In this document: positions 1-4,330 of the stretch, piece after piece
Position numbering within the stretch: the first letter of the stretch is position 1
Layout: each line of letters starts with the position of its first letter
Virus record (IMG/VR): IMGVR_UViG_3300012275_000021
Source of the DNA: a virus
Taxonomy: Duplodnaviria > Heunggongvirae > Uroviricota > Caudoviricetes
Length of the DNA: 7,795 nt
Strand: one strand, 5' to 3'
The notes under the pieces: generated by a model
The model's database searches: none
Seen by the model: the letters and a program-made list of their open reading frames with translations, nothing else
What the model was told of the DNA's origin: nothing
Made by a program: the position numbers and the translations under genes

Positions 1-1013
1 CGCTGGTTATTCGTACCGCTTACCGGGAGCAACCAGGGGTTTTCAAAATTCCGGTCCGGTCCAAAAAACGTCGTCGCTCGCTGAACAAATTCCGTTCCCG
101 CTTTCCCGGTAGCCGCCAGATATCTTGCGTAACGCCTCACGCCATCCAGCATGGCCTCTGGTGGCACCCCCTCGCGTAATCTGGCCTTCCAGGCACTGAA
201 AGCGGATTTCTTCGGGTTTGCCCCAGCACGCAACGGGTACTCCCGCCAGACCTGTTCGAACACATCCGGATAATCCACTCGTCCCACAGACTGCCCGGTG
301 TTTTCCGGAACTACCCGATCGGCTTCCCGCTGAATGGCGGAATCGGCTTCAGGCTGCTGCAGTTGGTGTGATTGCTCCGGCCTTGCGGTCATCACCTGCT
401 GCACAGCGCCCGAATCGGCTTTCAGCGCATACGCTGAATCGGCTTCCGGTGTCGTGCCTGCTGGCTGACCAGGATTGACGGCCTGAACATCCCCTGCCTG
501 GTTCGTGGCGTTTTTTACGCCATGGACCATAGTATTTTGATCTTCTTGATCTGTATCTTTATCTGTATCTTTATCTGTCGTGACTCGTCGTGACATGTGC
601 GTGACATTTCGTGACGCGCCGTGACAATCGCCATTTTGTTCCCGCTTTCTTTCCCTCTCTCGCTGCGCCCTCTTGCGCTCTGCAGGAGATTTTGCGGTTT
701 GCGATATATTGCCGTTGTCCTCTTTAAGCACTTGGCGTTTTTCCCATCCAGTGATTAAATCACCATCAAGTACCCGCCCCTGCATCGTCTGCAAAATTGA
801 ATCAATTACCTCTTCTGTTACGTCGAGCGCACTTGCCAAATCTTCTGTCGTGACATCAATGTGACCTCGCGTGACATTTCGTGACGCGCTCACCAGGAGG
901 TGGATATACACTGCCATCACTGTTGCAATTGGCTGCCCTGACACCCTGGCAATTGTTCGCCACTTAGGGTCATTTGGCATGTCATGCCATAATCTGAGCC
1001 AGGCGTTAGCCAT
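1..1013 (-). CDS. Lambda O-like replication initiation protein, 3'-truncated by window edge (start at 1013, runs off position 1); origin-like iterons embedded in the coding sequence
   Basis: Hand translation of the minus strand from ATG 1013-1011 gives an uninterrupted frame to the window edge (MANAWLRLWHDMPNDPKWRTIARVSGQPIATVMAVYIHLLVSASRNVT...YPDVFEQVWREYPLRAGANPKKSAFSAWKARL...). A GAGGTG Shine-Dalgarno lies 3 nt upstream of the ATG. The gene sits downstream of the cro-like and CII-like genes, as O does in lambda, and carries intragenic iterons plus an AT-rich repeat. The track missed it because the ORF has no in-window stop. The functional name is inferred from position and architecture, not from a recognised motif. 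Confidence 0.6.
   Translation of the reverse strand, partial: MANAWLRLWHDMPNDPKWRTIARVSGQPIATVMAVYIHLLVSASRNVTRGHIDVTTEDLASALDVTEEVIDSILQTMQGRVLDGDLITGWEKRQVLKEDNGNISQTAKSPAERKRAQRERERKREQNGDCHGASRNVTHMSRRVTTDKDTDKDTDQEDQNTMVHGVKNATNQAGDVQAVNPGQPAGTTPEADSAYALKADSGAVQQVMTARPEQSHQLQQPEADSAIQREADRVVPENTGQSVGRVDYPDVFEQVWREYPLRAGANPKKSAFSAWKARLREGVPPEAMLDGVRRYARYLAATGKAGTEFVQRATTFFGPDRNFENPWLLPVSGTNNQ
549..578. repeat. Tandem 12-mer ATCTGTATCTTT x2.5, AT-rich, immediately flanking iteron cluster A (candidate DNA unwinding element)
   Basis: Direct reading: atctgtatcttt at 549-560 and 561-572, then atctgt at 573-578. On the minus strand it encodes a DKDTDKDTD peptide repeat in the O-like protein. 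Confidence 0.6.
579..628. repeat. Iteron cluster A: five CGTGAC cores phased at 10-11 bp (candidate replication origin iterons)
   Basis: GTGAC at 580, 590, 601, 611 and 621. The 20-mer cgtgacatttcgtgacgcgc at 600-619 is an exact copy of 870-889. Confidence 0.65.
849..890. repeat. Iteron cluster B: four (C/T)GTGAC cores phased at 10-11 bp, second copy of the 20-bp element
   Basis: GTGAC at 850, 861, 871 and 881; exact 20-bp match to 600-619. Lies in the N-terminal domain coding region of the O-like gene. Confidence 0.6.
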
Positions 1014-1084
1014 ACTCACCTCTTCTGATACCGAATCTTTTTACTCACGAGTTGCCGGAAGCGATTCGATATGGCTATTGTCAG

Positions 1085-1510
1085 TCAATGTACTGCCACA
1101 GCATTTCCTGCCGGGCCACCACGGTTCATCTGATTGAAACCGGCGATTGCCACTGCGACAAAATCATCAGCGTCTCTCACCAATCGCTCCCGCGTCTCCA
1201 CCAGCTCCCGAAAATAAGCTGAACTGTGGCTGCGCATTCTGGCCACCAGCAAAGGTGGCATTGCCTTTTCGATCGCTGGTAACAACGCCTGAATTTTTTC
1301 AACTGCATCAGGGGTGTCTTTCTCTACCCAGCGGAAAATTTTCTGGGTATTGCGAGCCAAGGCTTCCGGATGGCTGTCGTCATACAGTTCAGGAAACGTC
1401 ATACCCAACTCAAAATAAGCCTGGGTTATTCCAGCTGCTGGAACTTTTTCGCCATCAGGACGCGCCCAGGCATTCATCGCCATGCGGATGTGTTCATGCT
1501 TGATTTTCAT
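1085..1510 (-). CDS. ydaT: YdaT-like protein (CII-position regulator of Rac-type prophages)
   Basis: 141-aa ORF beginning MKIKHEHI, which I recall as the YdaT N-terminus. GGAGG Shine-Dalgarno 5 nt upstream. Start codon overlaps the stop of the upstream cro-like gene as ATGA (1510-1507). Position is immediately downstream of the cro-like gene. Confidence 0.7.
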   Translation of the reverse strand: MKIKHEHIRMAMNAWARPDGEKVPAAGITQAYFELGMTFPELYDDSHPEALARNTQKIFRWVEKDTPDAVEKIQALLPAIEKAMPPLLVARMRSHSSAYFRELVETRERLVRDADDFVAVAIAGFNQMNRGGPAGNAVAVH

Positions 1511-1737
1511 GAATCCTCCCCTTGGTTAGAAGGCGGATTATGATCAGAACCGGGAATGACAACCGTCGGTATGTGTAACTCATATTTGAGCGCCCCGGCA
1601 GTGACTGCCTGAATTAGCAACGCCCATTTCCACGGAACCTCTTCCCCCCACATGCTGACTGTGGTTTTTGACGTTCCTAGAGCTGCGGCTGTTTTAACAA
1701 CTCCGCCAAAATAGCCTAATACTTCTGATTTTTTCAT
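1507..1737 (-). CDS. ydaS: YdaS-like Cro-type HTH regulator
   Basis: Track ORF 1507..1785 trimmed to the internal ATG at 1737-1735 (MKKSEVLGYFGGVVKTAAALGTSKTTVSMWG...), which has a GGAG Shine-Dalgarno 8 nt upstream; the longer form has none. Small HTH-like protein divergent from the repressor gene. Family name from memory. Confidence 0.75.
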   Translation of the reverse strand: MKKSEVLGYFGGVVKTAAALGTSKTTVSMWGEEVPWKWALLIQAVTAGALKYELHIPTVVIPGSDHNPPSNQGEDS

Positions 1738-1828
1738 GAGTCGCTCCATAAAACTGAACGCCAAAAGTTTAATAATCAAAACCAAAGAAAGTCAAGAAAC
1801 AAAACCATCTGTGTTTTAAAATCAAAAC
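1738..1828. promoter_or_regulatory. Divergent operator/promoter region between cro-like and repressor genes (PR/PRM analogue)
   Basis: A+T-rich 91-bp spacer. Perfect-arm palindrome TGTTTTaaaatcAAAACA at 1812-1829 abuts the repressor ATG. CAAAAC half-site-like motifs at 1777, 1800 and 1823 are spaced 23 bp apart. TAAAAT -10-like hexamer at 1817-1822 sits 6 bp before the repressor ATG. TTGACT on the minus strand (complement of 1790-1795) is a candidate -35 for the leftward promoter. Confidence 0.6.
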
Positions 1829-2467
1829 ATGAGCAAGCAAACAATATCTGAACGCATAACCCAACGTATGCATGCGCTAAACCTGAAAGGCAAAGACCTT
1901 GTCAATGCCACTGGCGCATCAAAAGGCTCCGTAAGTCAATGGATGAACGGTGGAGGAGCGCCGTCCTCGCGTTACATAAGTTCACTGGCAAAGATATTGA
2001 AAGTAAACGAAAATTGGCTTCTTAATGGAGGAGAGTTAAATACAGGTGATTCGCTTGATCTATCTTTACCGCCGATAAAAACGGTTCCGCTACTATCACT
2101 TCAGCAGGCAGCAAGCTGGAGTGATTATATGAAAAATTCCTCAATAACCTCTTGTGTGCAGCTTGTCGGAGAAATCCCGGCCAATACCTTTGCAGTTGTT
2201 CTAGAGAGTGACAGTATGTCAACATCTGGTGGGGGAGTTTCCATCCCAAATGGTTCAACAGTTTTTGTTGATCCCGATCGAACCGTACAACCAGGAAATA
2301 TTGTCCTTGCCTTACCCAAAGGGACCACAACACCTGTCATTCGTAAACTGGAGATAGAAGGGCCGGATATTCTTTTAGTCCCCACGAATCCTCGCTACCC
2401 TTCAATTATGCTGGATGATCTATCTTGCATATTGGGCGTATGCTTTAAAATTCAACAAGATATTTAA
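1829..2467 (+). CDS. CI-like prophage repressor, N-terminal HTH (XRE-type) plus C-terminal S24 LexA-like peptidase domain
   Basis: 212 aa. N-terminus has an HTH signature (LKGKDLVNATGASKGSVSQWMNG). C-terminus has S24 motifs: VVLESDSM (Ser motif), GSTVFVDPDRTVQPGNIVLA, and PVIRKLE (Lys motif). Divergent from the cro-like gene. No Shine-Dalgarno upstream of the ATG. Confidence 0.85.
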   Translation: MSKQTISERITQRMHALNLKGKDLVNATGASKGSVSQWMNGGGAPSSRYISSLAKILKVNENWLLNGGELNTGDSLDLSLPPIKTVPLLSLQQAASWSDYMKNSSITSCVQLVGEIPANTFAVVLESDSMSTSGGGVSIPNGSTVFVDPDRTVQPGNIVLALPKGTTTPVIRKLEIEGPDILLVPTNPRYPSIMLDDLSCILGVCFKIQQDI

Positions 2468-2533
2468 CCAACCTCATCTATTTGATTAACTGTATGCCAT
2501 CGTGGCGATGGCTTAACAGCTGCCTGCTTAAAA

Positions 2534-2580
2534 TGTTTTGATAAAAAAACATTGACCTGAAAAGTTCATTTTTCTAAACT
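2534..2580 (+). promoter_or_regulatory. Candidate early-left promoter with overlapping operator palindrome, driving the ydfA-dicF-dicB operon
   Basis: Second copy of TGTTTT-N6-AAAACA at 2534-2551, directly abutting a -35 TTGACC (2552-2557), a 17-bp spacer and a -10 TAAACT (2575-2580). Base positions read directly; promoter function is inferred. Confidence 0.5.
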
Positions 2581-2759
2581 TCATTCATTCCCTCACCCCA
2601 CCCCACAGAATGCAGGGCAATACTTCGAGTTACCAGGCAGTGGTCAGGGGTTAAGTAGCCAGCCCGAGGCGTAAGAACATGACGGCAGGGTTCAACTTTA
2701 ATAACTATGCAGCAGGTTTTTGTTCCGCTACCCCGGCGTTAAGGGGAAATGAGGTCAAC

Positions 2760-2915
2760 ATGGATACTATCGATCTTGGCAACAACGAATCTCTGGTGTA
2801 CGGCGTGTTTCCCAACCAGGACGGCACATTCACCGCGATGACGTATACCAAAAGCAAAACGTTTAAAACCGAAAATGGTGCCCGTCGCTGGCTGGAAAGA
2901 AACTCAGGTGAGTAA
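2760..2915 (+). CDS. ydfA: YdfA/YdaF-family small protein (DUF1391-like), first gene of the dicB operon
   Basis: 51-aa product MDTIDLGNNESLVYGVFPNQDGTFTAMTYTKSKTFKTENGARRWLERNSGE, matching my memory of the K-12 YdfA/YdaF paralogues. GAGGT Shine-Dalgarno 5 nt upstream. Track ORF 2679..2915 is the same frame from an upstream ATG with a weaker ribosome-binding site. Confidence 0.7.
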   Translation: MDTIDLGNNESLVYGVFPNQDGTFTAMTYTKSKTFKTENGARRWLERNSGE

Positions 2916-2916
2916 T

Positions 2917-3045
2917 ATGGATTTCGACACAATCATGGAAAAGACTTACGAAGAATACTTCGAAGGCCTTGCCGAAGGCGAAGAAGCTCTCAGCTTCAGT
3001 GAGTTTAAACAGGCGCTTTCCAGCTCGGCAAAATCTAACGGCTGA
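2917..3045 (+). CDS. ydfB: YdfB/YdaG-family small protein (42 aa)
   Basis: MDFDTIMEKTYEEYFEGLAEGEEALSFSEFKQALSSSAKSNG. ATG lies 1 nt after the ydfA stop (taatATG), with AGGTGAG upstream. Not in the ORF track, presumably under its length cutoff. Confidence 0.65.
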   Translation: MDFDTIMEKTYEEYFEGLAEGEEALSFSEFKQALSSSAKSNG

Positions 3046-3074
3046 TAAGCGAAGCAGCACCGCGAGGAATCAGT

Positions 3075-3293
3075 ATGCAGAAACGAGAACCCGTCATCAT
3101 CGCGCCAGACTATACCGATGATGAACTTTATGAGTGGATGCGCCAGAAAATTAATGCAGCGCAGGATCTGAAATGGGCCAATGAAGCCAGGGCTAAGCAG
3201 GCTGAAAATCTGTCCGCTCTGGAGCAGGATATCACCAATCTGGAAAAAGCAGCGGCATTAAGCATTGCCAGAATGATTACATACCCGCGTTAA
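3075..3293 (+). CDS. ydfC: YdfC-like small protein (72 aa)
   Basis: Track ORF with a GAGGA Shine-Dalgarno. Sequence MQKREPVIIAPDYTDDELYEWMRQKINAAQDLKWANEARAKQAENLSALEQDITNLEKAAALSIARMITYPR matches my memory of Qin YdfC. Order ydfA-ydfB-ydfC-dicF-dicB matches the dicB operon. Confidence 0.7.
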   Translation: MQKREPVIIAPDYTDDELYEWMRQKINAAQDLKWANEARAKQAENLSALEQDITNLEKAAALSIARMITYPR

Positions 3294-3633
3294 TAGCTAA
3301 CCAACGAAGCTAAGGTTGGTAATTAAGGAGTTCTCCACGGGTGAGGTGGAGTGCGTGCGCCGGACACGGGTGAGCATCCGGCACTGACAGTTTACTGAAA
3401 GGATATTTCCATGAAAAGTCAGACCATAACGCGAAAGCGCACGGCGAGGTAGCTGGTTCATAGATAGCCTGTCGTTAAATTTTCGTCGACCGTGCGCTTC
3501 CGGTTGTGGCACTCCGCGAAATGGCGCGGCGGTAAGTATGGCGGGGTTATTCCTTCCCCGTTGAGGACACCGGGTTGTCAGGTTGACCATACGCTTAAGT
3601 GACAACCCCGCTGCAACGCCCTCTGTTATCAAT

Positions 3634-3691
3634 TTTCTGGTGACGTTTGGCGGTATCAGTTTTACTCCGTGACTGCTCTGCCGCCCTTTTT
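3634..3691 (+). ncRNA. dicF: DicF small regulatory RNA (antisense inhibitor of ftsZ translation) with 3' intrinsic-terminator-like stem and U tract
   Basis: tttctggtgacgtttggcggtatcagttttactccgtgactgctctgccgccctttt matches the DicF sequence as I remember it. GGCGG (3649-3653) pairs with CCGCC (3681-3685) and is followed by TTTTT (3687-3691). Sits between ydfC and dicB as in Qin. Exact 5' end is processing-defined and approximate here. Confidence 0.8.
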
Positions 3692-3860
3692 AAAGTGAAT
3701 TTTGTGATGCGGTGAATGCGGCTAAGCGCACGCGGAACAGTTAAAACCAAAAACAGTGTTATGGGTGGATTCTCTGTATCCGGCGTTAATTGTTAACTGG
3801 TTAACGTCACCTGGAGGCACCAGGCACCGCATCACAAAACTCATTGTTGAGGGCGCGATA

Positions 3861-4049
3861 ATGAAAACGTTATTACCAAACGTTAATACGTCTGAAGGTT
3901 GTTTTGAAATTGGTGTCACTATCAGTAATCCTGTATTTACTGAAGATGCCATTAACAAAAGAAAACACGAACGGGAGTTATTAAATAAAGTATGCATTGT
4001 TTCAATGCTGGCCCGTTTACGTCTGATGCCAAAAGGATGTGCACAATGA
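3861..4049 (+). CDS. dicB: DicB cell-division inhibitor (acts with MinC on FtsZ)
   Basis: 62-aa product MKTLLPNVNTSEGCFEIGVTISNPVFTEDAINKRKHERELLNKVCIVSMLARLRLMPKGCAQ, near-identical to K-12 DicB as I recall it. Internal start of track ORF 3756..4049 chosen for length match and a GAGGG Shine-Dalgarno. Confidence 0.85.
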   Translation: MKTLLPNVNTSEGCFEIGVTISNPVFTEDAINKRKHERELLNKVCIVSMLARLRLMPKGCAQ

Positions 4050-4237
4050 ATCCAGTATTTGCACTTATTCTGACGGTTTTTCTTGTTTCCGGAGAGCCAG
4101 TTGATATTGCAGTCAGTGTTCACAGAACAATGCAGGAATGTATGGCAGCAGCAACCGAACAGAAAATTCCAGGCAACTGTTATCCGGTCGATAAAGTTAT
4201 TCACCAGGATAATAACGAAATCCCGGCAGGATTTTAA
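4046..4237 (+). CDS. ydfD: YdfD-like small membrane protein (lysis-associated in Qin)
   Basis: 63-aa product MNPVFALILTVFLVSGEPVDIAVSVHRTMQECMAAATEQKIPGNCYPVDKVIHQDNNEIPAGF with a hydrophobic N-terminal segment. ATG 4046-4048 overlaps the dicB stop 4047-4049 (ATGA coupling). Internal start of track ORF 3992..4237. Confidence 0.75.
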   Translation: MNPVFALILTVFLVSGEPVDIAVSVHRTMQECMAAATEQKIPGNCYPVDKVIHQDNNEIPAGF

Positions 4238-4330
4238 AACAGCACCGTAATAAATATCCAGTTTCATTCTTATATGTCAGCAATGGCAGAGATTTGTTCA
4301 CACTTAAATCTGTGATGAGGTTTACCAATA

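Noticed and set aside
579-890. CGTGAC repeat clusters as a CRISPR array
   Set aside because: Repeat units are about 10 bp with no spacers of CRISPR size, lie inside a coding sequence, and there are no cas genes. Helical phasing fits origin iterons.
218-1137. Plus-strand track ORFs 218..478, 673..864 and 871..1137
   Set aside because: All are antisense to the continuous minus-strand O-like reading frame, lack ribosome-binding sites, and have low-complexity or Ser/Pro-rich composition. Treated as shadow ORFs.
1147-1503. Plus-strand ORF antisense to ydaT
   Set aside because: Completely nested opposite a well-supported gene with a good ribosome-binding site and overlap coupling; Pro/Cys-rich with no recognisable features.
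2022-2385. Minus-strand ORFs 2022..2333 and 2125..2385 inside the repressor gene
   Set aside because: Antisense to the CI-like gene, which has clear HTH and S24 motifs; no independent support.
2496-2512. Hairpin GCCATCG-tgg-CGATGGC after the repressor stop as an intrinsic terminator
   Set aside because: 7-bp stem with a 3-nt loop but no downstream U tract. May be a weak structure; not called as a terminator.
2679-2759. Longer 78-aa form of the ydfA-like ORF starting at 2679
   Set aside because: The internal ATG at 2760 has a much better Shine-Dalgarno and gives the 51-aa length I recall for this family. The longer start cannot be excluded without N-terminal data.
2705-3060. Minus-strand ORFs 2705..2932 and 2863..3060
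   Set aside because: Antisense to the tightly packed ydfA/ydfB genes; no ribosome-binding sites.
3297-3632. Minus-strand 111-aa ORF, and the idea of a retron-like msr/msd element in this GC-rich structured stretch
   Set aside because: The ORF starts with TTG, has no ribosome-binding site and is Arg-rich. No reverse transcriptase gene is present anywhere in the window, so a retron is unsupported. The structure is better explained as the dicF precursor leader.
3722-4267. Minus-strand 181-aa ORF and plus-strand extensions 3756..3860 and 3992..4045
   Set aside because: The minus ORF is antisense to dicB/ydfD and Cys-rich. The plus-strand extensions are upstream in-frame continuations; internal starts match known protein lengths and ribosome-binding sites.
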